The notes beneath the pieces were generated by a model that was not told the DNA's origin, ran no database searches, and saw only the letters and a list, made by a program, of their open reading frames with translations. From the IMG/VR virus record IMGVR_UViG_3300028283_000004: a stretch of DNA of 64,000 bases; one strand, given 5' to 3'. Shown here piece by piece: positions 46,322 to 57,468 of the stretch. This stretch comes from an uncultured virus (IMG/VR IMGVR_UViG_3300028283_000004) (lineage: Duplodnaviria; Heunggongvirae; Uroviricota; Caudoviricetes). The position numbers and the translations under genes are program-made. Position 1 is the first letter of the stretch. Each line of letters opens with the position of its first letter.

Positions 46322-48454
46322 TTATATGAGACCAAGTTCATATAGATATTGTATACAATCAATATCACCAAAACCCTTATAAAAATAAGTATGTTGGTCT
46401 TTATTGTTATTTGGAATTCCATTAATTTTACCACCATTAAATGGACAGGGTGATATCCATTCAGCAGGATTTGGATTATATATTCCGTTACGATATTTAC
46501 CTGTCAGTGCCGTTTCAGTCCCCGTATTATATTTAATTCCCCTGTTTGCGGTCTTCAAATATGTGATATCCGTTGGTGGAATTTCAATTATGTCAGTCCA
46601 ATGTAAATCAGAACGTGCAAACCATTTGGTATTTATATCACCGCCAGCAATTTTTTCTGTGTTATCATCCAAAAAATAGGCATTAAGATTTCCACCCAAA
46701 TATTTTTGATATGTGAAATTATCTGCAATACGTATGTCTTTAACGAAAGAATATCCATTAACAAGATAACCACCTTGTGGTAGGTAGATACTTAAATTCA
46801 TCCAGTTTGCACCAAAGCTATTAACGTTTGTATCATTAACCCCATTTGAAGGATAGTTATATTTTGAATTAGTCACAACAATATCGCTACCGTCAATAAT
46901 ATCGCCAGTTACAATAATACCAACATTTCTATGTGGACTTTGTGTGATATTATTTAACTCAGTGTTTTCTAAAAATTGATTATTTTCGTTTCTTTGATCA
47001 GTATCGGGAGTATTGCTATTAAATGTAGTACCGTGAAATTTACTTAATCCATAAAATTTACCATACTGAAATTTATAACTTTGGTTTCTCCAGTTATTAG
47101 TATATGACGAATTTTCGATAGTATTAAAACTTCCGTTTGGGTTGGCGTGCTGAGGAAATTTGAATTTATATCTCATTGGGTCAACGGTTGTATCAGCACC
47201 AATTGCACTTGTTACATATATTGGTTTATCATCAATTTTCATTTCAATAGTTACAAACCCCCTAAATTCTGTGAATATTCCCTCGATTGAATTAGGAGAA
47301 ACATCCAATTTTTCGCCCAATTCATTGATTATAACTTTTTTTCTATTACATGAAATAACATATACAAAATTTCCGTCTTTTTGATAAACCGAATAATATG
47401 TTGGGTCTAATAATACCATATCGCTACCATCTGATTCGACAATACCAGTATCAATTTGATGATCGGTGATGTTGGGTGGATAATAATATATTTTTTCGGT
47501 AATTTTTCCTGTTCTTTTTGTGACCATTCCAACATTACCGTTTTTAACGGTGTTATCATCGCCAATAATCATATAGAGTTCTGAAATACGCCTTGAACTC
47601 ATAGTATTGTCGCCCCATATAGATTCACCGCCATCAGTAAACGCATTACCAAATATTGTAAATGATACGTTTAATGTCGATCTAACTCTAAAGTCTTGGC
47701 GTGTAATCCCAATTTCAAAATTAGTAGTATCCCCCCAAAAAGGAATTATATCCACAGCTACTTCTCGTGTCTCAATGTTTGGTAGATCATCCAAATCACT
47801 ACTTGGTTTTATTTTACTGTTATTATCCGTAAATAAATTTTGGGAATATCCTAGATTTGTAACCATTGATGCGGGATTCATACTAAATTCACCAATATCT
47901 GTAATATCTACGCTCATATGTACTGTTTGTGTTCCAATTGGTACACCAAATATCATATAATCACCAGCATAATTAGTTAATGCGGTATATTTATAATATT
48001 TCTTATATACATTTAAATATGGTGGGTTTGTTACAATTTCTTCCTTGATGGGAAATGAACCAAATGGTTGCTTAGGTAAAATTTGTTTTGTGACTGGGTT
48101 TTTTTTACTTACCCTTGGTAATAGGTTATATCTCTTACCATCACCGTTTTTATCTGTTGGTGATTTATATGGATAAATGCTTGTTATTTCTCCATCATTA
48201 GCATCTGTATCAGTCAAAGGAATAAATATACTTATTTTGGCATTTGGTAAACCAACACCACCATTGGCAATAACCCTTCCAATTAGTACACCATAATCAG
48301 AATTAAAATTTTGATATACCTCATCAACATCTAATTTCATTGTTAGAAATTCAAGAGTATTAACATCTTGTTCGAGCTTTATATTAATGTGCATATCTAA
48401 ACCAACATTGCTCGTATTTCCAGTTCCCAAATAAATTCTTTGCGATTTATTCAT
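46322..48454 (-). CDS. probable virion structural (baseplate/fibre) protein
   Basis: GRVIANGGVGLPNAKISIF prealbumin-like N-terminal fold; start ATG 48454. Confidence 0.55.
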   Translation of the reverse strand: MNKSQRIYLGTGNTSNVGLDMHINIKLEQDVNTLEFLTMKLDVDEVYQNFNSDYGVLIGRVIANGGVGLPNAKISIFIPLTDTDANDGEITSIYPYKSPTDKNGDGKRYNLLPRVSKKNPVTKQILPKQPFGSFPIKEEIVTNPPYLNVYKKYYKYTALTNYAGDYMIFGVPIGTQTVHMSVDITDIGEFSMNPASMVTNLGYSQNLFTDNNSKIKPSSDLDDLPNIETREVAVDIIPFWGDTTNFEIGITRQDFRVRSTLNVSFTIFGNAFTDGGESIWGDNTMSSRRISELYMIIGDDNTVKNGNVGMVTKRTGKITEKIYYYPPNITDHQIDTGIVESDGSDMVLLDPTYYSVYQKDGNFVYVISCNRKKVIINELGEKLDVSPNSIEGIFTEFRGFVTIEMKIDDKPIYVTSAIGADTTVDPMRYKFKFPQHANPNGSFNTIENSSYTNNWRNQSYKFQYGKFYGLSKFHGTTFNSNTPDTDQRNENNQFLENTELNNITQSPHRNVGIIVTGDIIDGSDIVVTNSKYNYPSNGVNDTNVNSFGANWMNLSIYLPQGGYLVNGYSFVKDIRIADNFTYQKYLGGNLNAYFLDDNTEKIAGGDINTKWFARSDLHWTDIIEIPPTDITYLKTANRGIKYNTGTETALTGKYRNGIYNPNPAEWISPCPFNGGKINGIPNNNKDQHTYFYKGFGDIDCIQYLYELGLI

Positions 48455-48756
48455 GTGATAAATATTTTTTATAAATACTAAAACAAAGGAAATCTTACCA
48501 ATAGAAATTATTTTCAATTATTTTTAAAAATAATTTTAGTAAAATTTTGAGGAATTTAGACGGCAAAAAGTAAAATTTCTAAAAATTTAAGATAAAAAAG
48601 TAAAAAAACATTAAAATATGAATTTATAAGCAAGAATAACAGGACTATAAAAATATATAATGTTCACCTTTTGAAATATTTTTTAGTATTTATTGAAAAA
48701 GCAATTAAAAGGCTGATGATGGAAAATAATAATAAAAATATTAATAATTAATAAAC

Positions 48757-51585
48757 ATGGCAGAATTCGTATTTACCTCTCCGGGTATAAAATTTAGAGA
48801 ACGTGACTTAACATTCGTTACGAGAAATGTGGGTATAACGACACTTGGTGGTGTTGGTGAAACACTTAAAGGACCCGCCTTTGAACCTATTTACATTCAA
48901 GACAAAACCCAATTTTCAAACAGATTTGGTGCTCAGAGTGTAGCTAAATTATCAAATGGAAATCCCCAATATCAATTACCATATGTAGCTAATGCATATT
49001 TAGAAGAATCTAACCAAATGTGGATAACAAGAGTATTAGGTTTAAGTGGATATAATGCTGGCATGGCATGGGCAATTACGTTAGAAGCGGGTGTTGACCC
49101 GATAACAGTATCGGCAACAACAGCAACAATTTTTGAAAATGTGCCGTTTACTAATTACGCTTTTTTAGGCGTTGGAATACAGGCAATCGGTAACACTGGT
49201 ACAACATTTTTAGGTTTTGATAAAATAAGCGGAACTAATTTTACTGGTAGGTCATATAATTTTATTGTCACATCATATACGGCAGCTACAGGTGCTGGTG
49301 TGGTAAGTGGTGTTACTAGAGTATTTGTTGGAACTGAATATACGGCATATAAAAATATGGTGTTGGCAAAAGTTAGAAGTAGAGGTACTACTTATGACCA
49401 TGTAAATTTACCAACATCTGTTAGTTGGGGTACAACTGGTCTTACACTACCACTTTCTGCCAATACAACAACTTTAGGTACTGGTAATTTGTTTGGTACA
49501 TTTAAATTGATCGCAACAAGCGGCTCAACAGCACAAACATATATTGCATCATTAAATCCTGATGCTAGTAGTTTCTTACCAAATGTAATTGGTTTAACAC
49601 CAAAAGACAAAACAACTAAAATTTGGACTGAAGCAGTATATCCCGACTTAATTAAAAAACTTGATGGTGGTGGCGATACATATCCAACAGGATTAACTGC
49701 ATTTGGAATATCTGGTGTTGCACCATATGCTTTTGGCGTTAGCAGTTCTTTAATTAAATGTGAATCTAGTTTTTTCCGTAATTATAAAACACAGTTTAAA
49801 ACACCTGAAACACCTTGGGTTGTATCACAAGTAAAAGGTAACAAAGTAAGCCAATTAATGAAATTCATAAGTATTTCTGATGGTGATGCAGCAAACCAAG
49901 AAATTAAAATTAGTATTGCTAATATTAATCCATTAACCTTAGAGTTTGATGTACTTGTTCGTAGTTTTTATGACACAGATGATAATGTAAACATTTTAGA
50001 ATCATTCACAAGGTGTTCAATGATTATTGGTCAAACCAATTATATTGGACAACGTATAGGTACTTCTGATGGTGAATATGACTTACAAAGTCAATATATT
50101 ATGGTTGAGGTCGGTACTGACATTACTGTTGGTGATTTCCCAGCTGGCTTTGAGGGATATTTATTTAATAACTACGCTGTTTCGGCTACCACAACTGGAA
50201 GTACTTCTGGAATTATTGCTGGTATTACACCAAAGATTTTCTATAAAACACAATATAATAGTGATGAGAGAGTTAAAAAAGTATATTTAGGTGTTTCTGA
50301 AAATGGATATGATGCTACGGGTGTTATCGGTACTGGAATTAATCAAAATTACTTCAACTTTAATGGTCAAGATAGCACTGGTAGCCATGTTAAAACAAAA
50401 GGATTCCACATGGATAAGTATGCATCTGGTGTTACAGAAAATGGTTATACTTTTGATTGCGGTGCTGGTAAATTTCAAACCGCAGATGACGTTACCGATC
50501 CAACGTTAACATACTATGACATTAACACCAGAAAATTCACATTAGCACCTGCTGGTGGTTTTGATGGCTGGGATGTAAACAGAGGTACTGATGGTGTTGG
50601 CTATTCTCGTTCATATGGTGATAACTACAGTCTCAATAAAATTTGGGATGGCGTTAATGCTAATGGAAACCCAACAAATGACTTTCAAGCATGGCAAACA
50701 GCAATTAACACATATTCAAATCCTGAAGAAGTGACGATTAATGTATTTACGACACCGGGTATTAACTGGTCAGATCAAAACATTTTAGTTCAAGACACAA
50801 TCGAAATGATTGAACAGCAAAGAACCGATACACTTTATGTAATTGATACGCCAGATGTAAATATTCCAACAACAGTTGGTGATGGTGGTAAGAGTGATGT
50901 TATTGTGGCACAAGATATTACCGATTTACTAGATAATGCTGGTATTGATTCAAGTTATTCTTGCACATATTTTCCTTGGATTCAAATAAGAGATACTCAG
51001 AATAATGTTAATATTTATATTCCACCTACAGGTGAGGTTGTAAAAGCAATGGCATTTACTGATAATACTTCATTCCCTTGGTTTGCACCAGCTGGTTTAA
51101 ATCGTGGTGTAACTGGAGCAAGAAAATCCAAATATAAATTGTCTCTTGAAGCTCGTGATACACTTTATGCTGGTAGAATTAACCCAATGGCTGACTTTGC
51201 AGACTCTGGAACAGCAATTTTTGGACAAAAGACACTTCAAGTTAAAGCAAGTGCACTTGACAGAATTAATGTTCGTAGATTATTACTTCAAATTAAAGTA
51301 CTTATTGCAAACATTGCAATCAGACTTGTATTCGAACAAAATGACCAAGCAACCATTGACCAATTCTTAGCAAAAGCAACTCCTGTTCTCGATACAATCA
51401 AGAGAGAAAGAGGTTTAACCGACTTTAGAATTAAAATGGATAATAGCAATAACACTCCTGAAACAATGGACAGAAACGAACTTTATGGTGAAATATTCTT
51501 AAAACCAACACGTGCTGTTGAATTCATTGGAATCACGTTTACAATCACACCATCAGGTGCATCATTTTCAGATGTTGGTGCATAA
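48757..51585 (+). CDS. tail sheath protein (gp18-like)
   Basis: FTSPGIKFRERD, GETLKGPAFEP, PWFAPAGLNRG, FGQKTLQ, LDRINVRRLLL. Confidence 0.96.
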   Translation: MAEFVFTSPGIKFRERDLTFVTRNVGITTLGGVGETLKGPAFEPIYIQDKTQFSNRFGAQSVAKLSNGNPQYQLPYVANAYLEESNQMWITRVLGLSGYNAGMAWAITLEAGVDPITVSATTATIFENVPFTNYAFLGVGIQAIGNTGTTFLGFDKISGTNFTGRSYNFIVTSYTAATGAGVVSGVTRVFVGTEYTAYKNMVLAKVRSRGTTYDHVNLPTSVSWGTTGLTLPLSANTTTLGTGNLFGTFKLIATSGSTAQTYIASLNPDASSFLPNVIGLTPKDKTTKIWTEAVYPDLIKKLDGGGDTYPTGLTAFGISGVAPYAFGVSSSLIKCESSFFRNYKTQFKTPETPWVVSQVKGNKVSQLMKFISISDGDAANQEIKISIANINPLTLEFDVLVRSFYDTDDNVNILESFTRCSMIIGQTNYIGQRIGTSDGEYDLQSQYIMVEVGTDITVGDFPAGFEGYLFNNYAVSATTTGSTSGIIAGITPKIFYKTQYNSDERVKKVYLGVSENGYDATGVIGTGINQNYFNFNGQDSTGSHVKTKGFHMDKYASGVTENGYTFDCGAGKFQTADDVTDPTLTYYDINTRKFTLAPAGGFDGWDVNRGTDGVGYSRSYGDNYSLNKIWDGVNANGNPTNDFQAWQTAINTYSNPEEVTINVFTTPGINWSDQNILVQDTIEMIEQQRTDTLYVIDTPDVNIPTTVGDGGKSDVIVAQDITDLLDNAGIDSSYSCTYFPWIQIRDTQNNVNIYIPPTGEVVKAMAFTDNTSFPWFAPAGLNRGVTGARKSKYKLSLEARDTLYAGRINPMADFADSGTAIFGQKTLQVKASALDRINVRRLLLQIKVLIANIAIRLVFEQNDQATIDQFLAKATPVLDTIKRERGLTDFRIKMDNSNNTPETMDRNELYGEIFLKPTRAVEFIGITFTITPSGASFSDVGA

Positions 51586-51588
51586 ATA

Positions 51589-51629
51589 AAATTTTGGGTG
51601 AGTTAATAATTTTAATTCACCCAAAATTT
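51589..51629 (+). terminator. hairpin between sheath and tube genes
   Basis: aaattttgggtgagtt...aattcacccaaaattt inverted repeat. Confidence 0.55.
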
Positions 51630-51713
51630 AAAACATAAATAATTTATATTTGATTTTCAACATGTAAGTATTTATGATAAAAATAAGATTAAAATTATTA
51701 AATAATAAATAAA

Positions 51714-52205
51714 ATGGCAGGAGAAATGATAAGGGGTATTCCATTTGAATACGAACCAAAAAGGGTTAATAGATTCTTTGCGGAATTCTCAAATGAATTA
51801 GGTATAGAGGTCTGGAAAGTACAAAAGTTCAAAAGACCCACAATGAAAATCAATTCAGTACAAATTGATTATATGAATGAAAGAAATTATGTTGCTGGTA
51901 GATATAACTGGGAATCAATGAGTGTTACATTCATCGATCCAATCGGTCCGTCCACCTCACAACAACTTATGGAATGGGTTCGTTTACACGCAGAATCACT
52001 TACAGGTCGTATGGGTTATGCTGCGGGATATAAGAAAAATATTCTTCTAAAAGCATTAGACCCAATTGGGGTCGAAGTTGAAAAATGGTTCTTGGAGCAG
52101 TGCATGATTACCTCAATTGACTTTGGTGATAATGATTATGGAAGTGATGAATTAACAAACATAACTTTGGAACTCCAACCTTGGAGATGTATTCTTAACA
52201 TGTAA
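51714..52205 (+). CDS. tail tube protein (gp19-like)
   Basis: EPKRVNRF, YVAGRYNW, MEWV, GYAAGYKK, VEKW; follows sheath. Confidence 0.92.
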   Translation: MAGEMIRGIPFEYEPKRVNRFFAEFSNELGIEVWKVQKFKRPTMKINSVQIDYMNERNYVAGRYNWESMSVTFIDPIGPSTSQQLMEWVRLHAESLTGRMGYAAGYKKNILLKALDPIGVEVEKWFLEQCMITSIDFGDNDYGSDELTNITLELQPWRCILNM

Positions 52206-52223
52206 TCAGATTGTTAGATGTTT

Positions 52224-52256
52224 AAAAAAGCCACAACTTAATATTGTGGCTTTTTT
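52224..52256. terminator. bidirectional intrinsic terminator
   Basis: aaaaaagccacaa-cttaata-ttgtggctttttt. Confidence 0.85.
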
Positions 52257-52274
52257 ATTTCAACATAAATGAAA

Positions 52275-53069
52275 TTATGCTGCAATTTCTTCCATTCTTT
52301 TATTTAAAATTTGGCTGACATAAAATTGTCTATTTTTAGTTTCGATAATTTTATAATTATCATTATTATGTGAAAACCAAACTAGGTAAGATTTTCCTAA
52401 TTTTATAGGTACGTTCTTTTCAATAATTTGTTTATATAATTCCAACTGTAAAGAATATATTTCCAAGTCAGATTCTTCAAGCATATATAATTCGTCTTTT
52501 AAATGTCTAGATTTACACTCAGAAGTAAATTCTTTATTAGTTTTCCAATCCCATATTTGAAATTCATTAGTTTTCACATTATAAAATAAAATATCCAACA
52601 TTCCACCGATTTGTGTTTCTTCATCATAAAGAACAAATTCGGTTTTAATTGGGATTAATTTATCTTGAACATCGTTATAAAAATTATCAACGTGTTTTTT
52701 TGTAATTTTATATTCTTCTTTAACTGGGTCAAAACCAAATTCATTTAATATTAATTGTTTAGGATATTCAAATTTTTTGTTTTGAAAAAGATTTTCGGCA
52801 TAATCGTGAATTGCAGAACCTTTGATTGTTCCTTTCTTATTAATAAAGTTCCATGCTCTTAATATTTCGGAAGGTTTAAGATTAAATTGATTTCCCTTGT
52901 ATTCAGACCAATATTCCCCATTAAATTCTTCTTGATATTTATGAATCAGAGTAGTAACTGAAATTAGTTCTTTATTATTAACGTAATATTTATGAGGTTC
53001 GTCATAAAATTTTACATTATTAAATGCGGTAAATAATTCGCTGGGTATATCTATGGGAATTTTCATCAT
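52275..53069 (-). CDS. PD-(D/E)XK nuclease (RecB/Cas4-like fold)
   Basis: SVTT, GSAIH, GMLD, IWDWKT, YSLQLELY motifs. Confidence 0.85.
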   Translation of the reverse strand: MMKIPIDIPSELFTAFNNVKFYDEPHKYYVNNKELISVTTLIHKYQEEFNGEYWSEYKGNQFNLKPSEILRAWNFINKKGTIKGSAIHDYAENLFQNKKFEYPKQLILNEFGFDPVKEEYKITKKHVDNFYNDVQDKLIPIKTEFVLYDEETQIGGMLDILFYNVKTNEFQIWDWKTNKEFTSECKSRHLKDELYMLEESDLEIYSLQLELYKQIIEKNVPIKLGKSYLVWFSHNNDNYKIIETKNRQFYVSQILNKRMEEIAA

Positions 53070-53086
53070 GCAAACTTACAAATTAA

Positions 53087-53986
53087 TTAATTAATCACAA
53101 TGTTTTTTTGTAATAATGAATCAAAATTAATTTGTTCCAAATTATTAATGATTGCAGTCTTATCTGCAGGTAAATTAGAATATCCATGAACATGGCTAAT
53201 TAAAGCATTACGCATGATATTTAACGCTTCCACCAAAACATCCCCTCTTACCATTGGGTGTCCTTCAGAAAAAATTCTTTCTCTGTCTTTCTGTACTAAA
53301 CGTGCTGGTTTAAATTGTGGATTACCTTCATGTGAAATTAATGCAATTTTATCGCTCATTACAATTGTGCTACTCTGATATGCAGAAACTGTAGCATTAG
53401 TAGTACCAGTTTTGGCTTCATAAACAAGACTTATTTCCGCTGGATTTTTTGTGTTAAGTTTTAATATATTATCATTTTCATGTTTACCAGCTCTAATATG
53501 TACCTCATTTATGCGCAATATAACATCAGTATTTATTTTACCAACGATTGCCACATCGGTTTTAAGAGGAAATACGCCAACTGCATCTGGATATGTAGAT
53601 ACTGCTGGTTCTGGTATTGTAAGTGCCACATTGGTCGTTGAAAAGGCTGTATATATTGAATCAAACCCAATTCTTTGTGGTTGTGATATAACGCTTCCAA
53701 GCCAAAATCTGCTTCTTTCAGGATATTTCATGTCTTCAATAAAAACCCTAACCATTTCGCCAACTTGTGGATAAACATGAAAAAACTTTGGAAGTAATGG
53801 ATAACAATAAGGTAAATCAGCATTAGATGTTTTATTATCTAACCCCAATATTTTAACCTGAATTCTTCCACCATCAGTTGAATCCTCAATAGATATTACT
53901 TCACCATAATATATTGTTCTGGTGACTTGAATATTATCCTCTCTTTTAAAAGGATTACTAGTTTGTATTATTGGTTTGTCAAACAT
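53087..53986 (-). CDS. baseplate spike/hub protein with gp5-like OB fold
   Basis: GEVISIED..GRIQV, PQVGEMVRV, FWLG; C-terminal HVH. Confidence 0.75.
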   Translation of the reverse strand: MFDKPIIQTSNPFKREDNIQVTRTIYYGEVISIEDSTDGGRIQVKILGLDNKTSNADLPYCYPLLPKFFHVYPQVGEMVRVFIEDMKYPERSRFWLGSVISQPQRIGFDSIYTAFSTTNVALTIPEPAVSTYPDAVGVFPLKTDVAIVGKINTDVILRINEVHIRAGKHENDNILKLNTKNPAEISLVYEAKTGTTNATVSAYQSSTIVMSDKIALISHEGNPQFKPARLVQKDRERIFSEGHPMVRGDVLVEALNIMRNALISHVHGYSNLPADKTAIINNLEQINFDSLLQKNIVIN

Positions 53987-54192
53987 TATCTATTTGTCAT
54001 TTCTTCTATTAATGCAATATAATTTTTTTCTATTTTATCCAATACCTCAATTTTATCATTAATTATTCCATCTAGATCATCAATTTCACGTGTGTGATTA
54101 ATAATCTCCTGTTTTAATGCATCGTGTTTTGCCTTAGCGTCATTAATCATTTTATTCAATTCGATTAATGTATATATACTTAAATCTTCCAT
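53986..54192 (-). CDS. small coiled-coil protein
   Basis: 68 aa ORF in operon. Confidence 0.6.
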   Translation of the reverse strand: MEDLSIYTLIELNKMINDAKAKHDALKQEIINHTREIDDLDGIINDKIEVLDKIEKNYIALIEEMTNR

Positions 54193-54199
54193 AATAATA

Positions 54200-54604
54200 T
54201 TATTGTATTACCCCAAAACCTTTAATATATCCAACTGTTGAGCCAACCACCGAAACAGGTCCTGCAGGTGAAATACCTGCCGCTGTCAAAGCTATCCCGG
54301 GCGGTACAGCCACGCTAATGATAGCATCCTGTTGAAAAGCATTTACAATTTCCTCAATCACAATTCTCCACATCAATTCTTCTGGATTATCAGCTCCTGA
54401 CGGTAATGTCCCAAATGGTATACCCGCTTCAGGCTTTCTAGCAATTATATTATTAGCTATTGTTATTGGTGATAACCCATTACGCTTAGGCACACCAATT
54501 AAAATAATCGCTGTTGGGATCGGTGGTGGTGGACCGGTCGGTAATTGTAGTATTTTACTAATACCGCCAACAACAGCTTCGGGATTATTAAAATCAATTG
54601 CCAT
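54200..54604 (-). CDS. probable baseplate-associated protein
   Basis: Pro/Gly-rich; adjacent to the gp5-like gene. Confidence 0.55.
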   Translation of the reverse strand: MAIDFNNPEAVVGGISKILQLPTGPPPPIPTAIILIGVPKRNGLSPITIANNIIARKPEAGIPFGTLPSGADNPEELMWRIVIEEIVNAFQQDAIISVAVPPGIALTAAGISPAGPVSVVGSTVGYIKGFGVIQ

Positions 54605-54605
54605 T

Positions 54606-54779
54606 TTAGTTTGCTTTTAACTCTTTAATATTTATCCATTTCCAACCTAAAAACAGTTTTGTTGCAAATCTTCTAAACCAATTTGGTTTAGTTGTTGTTG
54701 CAAGTTGTGTTCCACTAATATTTCCATCAATAAGATATACACCTAGGAATTTCTTATTTATTTTTTGATCTACTATCAT
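54606..54779 (-). CDS. small hypothetical protein (57 aa)
   Basis: MIVDQKINKK...KPNWFRRFATKLFLGWKW. Confidence 0.55.
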   Translation of the reverse strand: MIVDQKINKKFLGVYLIDGNISGTQLATTTKPNWFRRFATKLFLGWKWINIKELKAN

Positions 54780-54818
54780 AATATATAACTTTAAATTAAG
54801 ATTATTAATTTTTATTGC

Positions 54819-56138
54819 TTATCCAGTACTAACTTTTGGGATTTTTATTGGTAGCAAACTTTTTAATGTTTTTTTATATTGATTAATTTTTTCTTTTAAT
54901 ATTTTTTTAATTATTGGTACAAGTAATAACATTAAAACTTTTTTTACTAAATTAAATATATATTCAGTAACCATTGCAACAATTTGGTTTACATTACATT
55001 TAATAAAAGTTTTAAATTTCTTTAAATCATCTTTTGCACTACCAACTATAACTTGACCATTATTTTGTAGTGCACTAGTAATACCTAAAAGTGTGCGTAC
55101 TTGTGGCGAAGTTGTTAATGATTTTGCTAACGTTTGTGTAACATATTGAATTATTCTTTGAAAAAATCCATCTTTAATTGATTCTTTATTTTCATCAGCC
55201 ACAGCTTGATCAGAAATGCTTTTGTTGATACTGTCATTAATTTGATTACCAACATAAAACGAGTCAGTCGATCCAGATACGTTTGATATTATTGTGCTTA
55301 AATCATCTAAAGATAATTTTGCACCATATACACCACATCCCATATCGTAATTAACAACCCCGTTAACCATTTCATTTGCTTTTGCCAATAATTCTTCATA
55401 ATCGTTTGGTAAAAGTTCAAAAGTATCGTTATCATCAGTAATTAATTGTTGAATTAGTTTATCAACAATTAGTTCTTGATAAACTTCATCAACAGTTTTA
55501 TTTTGATTACTAGTGATACTTCCATAAATTCTATCCATCACATTACTAGTAAACTCTTTTTTATTAATAATCGTTAACCCATCAATATAATTATTTGTCC
55601 AAGTCCCAATTGTTGTTGTGGGGTCTCCTTTAAATGTTATATTATCAGTAAGTGAAGTATATGTCATATTTAAACCACCAATACTTGTTGTGCTTTCATT
55701 TTTAATCGCATTATACAACAAATTATCAAAATTGGGCTTTATTTTATCATAAAGTAAATTTCCACTTTTTGAATCTGGGTTTGTTTTTAATTTACCATAA
55801 ACATCGATGTTTTTTACTGGTATATTATATCCAGTTGTAGTAAACGCTGTAGGTAGTTCATCACCAGAATTATATTGTGTCGCTTGTTTTTTTAAAGCAT
55901 CCTTCATTTTTGGTTCAACCTTATCAATAAATTTTGTAAGTAATTCACCAGTTAATTCTTGAAGTGCAGCTGTGCCGACAATTACTTTCAAAGTATCTAG
56001 TAAAAAAGGAACAATATCTTTTTTATTATTGATTGACGGGAAAATGTTTGTACTTTTCGTTTTATCAATAGTTTGCATCATTGATGTATATGAAGCAATT
56101 TTAGTAAAAATTTGTTTTTTGTCGTCACTTAAACTCAT
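54819..56138 (-). CDS. hypothetical protein, probably structural
   Basis: 439 aa; amphipathic C-terminus; in baseplate operon. Confidence 0.6.
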   Translation of the reverse strand: MSLSDDKKQIFTKIASYTSMMQTIDKTKSTNIFPSINNKKDIVPFLLDTLKVIVGTAALQELTGELLTKFIDKVEPKMKDALKKQATQYNSGDELPTAFTTTGYNIPVKNIDVYGKLKTNPDSKSGNLLYDKIKPNFDNLLYNAIKNESTTSIGGLNMTYTSLTDNITFKGDPTTTIGTWTNNYIDGLTIINKKEFTSNVMDRIYGSITSNQNKTVDEVYQELIVDKLIQQLITDDNDTFELLPNDYEELLAKANEMVNGVVNYDMGCGVYGAKLSLDDLSTIISNVSGSTDSFYVGNQINDSINKSISDQAVADENKESIKDGFFQRIIQYVTQTLAKSLTTSPQVRTLLGITSALQNNGQVIVGSAKDDLKKFKTFIKCNVNQIVAMVTEYIFNLVKKVLMLLLVPIIKKILKEKINQYKKTLKSLLPIKIPKVSTG

Positions 56139-56141
56139 TGC

Positions 56142-56525
56142 TTATTGTCTTTGATTTTTCTTTCTATCAACCTCTGTTTGAACAAAATTTAATAATTCAT
56201 TTCTTCTATCCATTGTTAATGTTCCAGTTTCTTCAGATTTTGATGTTTCGTTATTGTTATTAGATTTATTATCAAAAACCACTTCTTTCAAATATTTTAA
56301 CAACATTATTTTTTGGTCTTGATTTTTTGCTTCGGCAGCAATAAGTTTAACAATCTGATCACCAATTGCAGCAACTTCACCACTTTCTTTTACTTTAGTT
56401 TCCCATTTACTGAAAAGTCTAGTAATTTTGGCTTTGATGTTATGACTTTCGTCATAGATTTCCTGAAGTAGTTTGTTTACACTCTCTTCGTTGAATTCTA
56501 GACGTTTACGGGTTGGTCTTGGCAT
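56142..56525 (-). CDS. hypothetical helical protein
   Basis: 127 aa; GTATTTAT motif upstream. Confidence 0.7.
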   Translation of the reverse strand: MPRPTRKRLEFNEESVNKLLQEIYDESHNIKAKITRLFSKWETKVKESGEVAAIGDQIVKLIAAEAKNQDQKIMLLKYLKEVVFDNKSNNNNETSKSEETGTLTMDRRNELLNFVQTEVDRKKNQRQ

Positions 56526-56572
56526 TTTATATATGTTTTAGTACTTATAAATACTAATTAAATTAATTTATA

Positions 56573-57442
56573 TTAGTCATCTAAATAATCAATTTTCTCA
56601 ATAAAATAAATATCTTTAAATGGTTTAATTGCAATTCGTATTTCCTTGGTTGATAAACTTGTTTGTTCTTTTAGAAAGAACAATATTTTATTTTTTGCAA
56701 ATTTGTTTGTTATTCTTTTATTATATCTACCATCGGGACTATCTTCCATAAATAATACTTGCCAATTTTTTAAAACATTAACAATTGCATCACCAACAAT
56801 GATTTCATTTTTTTTCATTATAGTATCAGTATCTATCTTAATTTCAATTTTACTGATAACACAGTTAATTAATTTCTCAAGCTGGTGTTGGTTTTCCAAT
56901 TCAATTTCATAAGAATATTCATGATTCTCATTAATTTCATCAGCATAGTCATCAAAAGATAAATTAATCTTCTTTTCGGTATAGCTTTTTTTGCTATGGT
57001 CTTTATAGTAGTTTCTGATTATCGTTTGACAATAACTAAACGCTTTTGAATAAAATAGTCTATAATTATTCATATCATCCTCCAATACCAAAGAATTTAA
57101 TTTCTCATTAGCTTCTTTGATAAACCAAAATCTATTATTTATATCTAATTTAGTCCATTTAATTGTACCACATTTATTAATTTCAATAATAAATGGTCTG
57201 TATTTAATCATGTGCTCAATCAAATGTGTAAGTGCATTAGACTCTACCTCATTCATATCATAATTACCAATATGTATGGGGTAGCGTCTTAATATTGACT
57301 GAATCATTTTCCGAAATGGTTCTATAAGAATTTCATTATATATCCTATTTTTTTCTTCGAGTGAATTTGATTTGATATATTCTAAAACTGCTCTTTCTTC
57401 CTTTTCAGCAAAATATGGTGCATTATTTTCATTTTCCTTCAT
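56573..57442 (-). CDS. phage sigma factor (gp55-like late sigma)
   Basis: PYF N-terminus and KAFSYCQTIIRNY, resembling the region-2 motif of gp55-like sigmas. Confidence 0.6.
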   Translation of the reverse strand: MKENENNAPYFAEKEERAVLEYIKSNSLEEKNRIYNEILIEPFRKMIQSILRRYPIHIGNYDMNEVESNALTHLIEHMIKYRPFIIEINKCGTIKWTKLDINNRFWFIKEANEKLNSLVLEDDMNNYRLFYSKAFSYCQTIIRNYYKDHSKKSYTEKKINLSFDDYADEINENHEYSYEIELENQHQLEKLINCVISKIEIKIDTDTIMKKNEIIVGDAIVNVLKNWQVLFMEDSPDGRYNKRITNKFAKNKILFFLKEQTSLSTKEIRIAIKPFKDIYFIEKIDYLDD

Positions 57443-57468
57443 TTAAATAAGTTAAACAAATAATATTA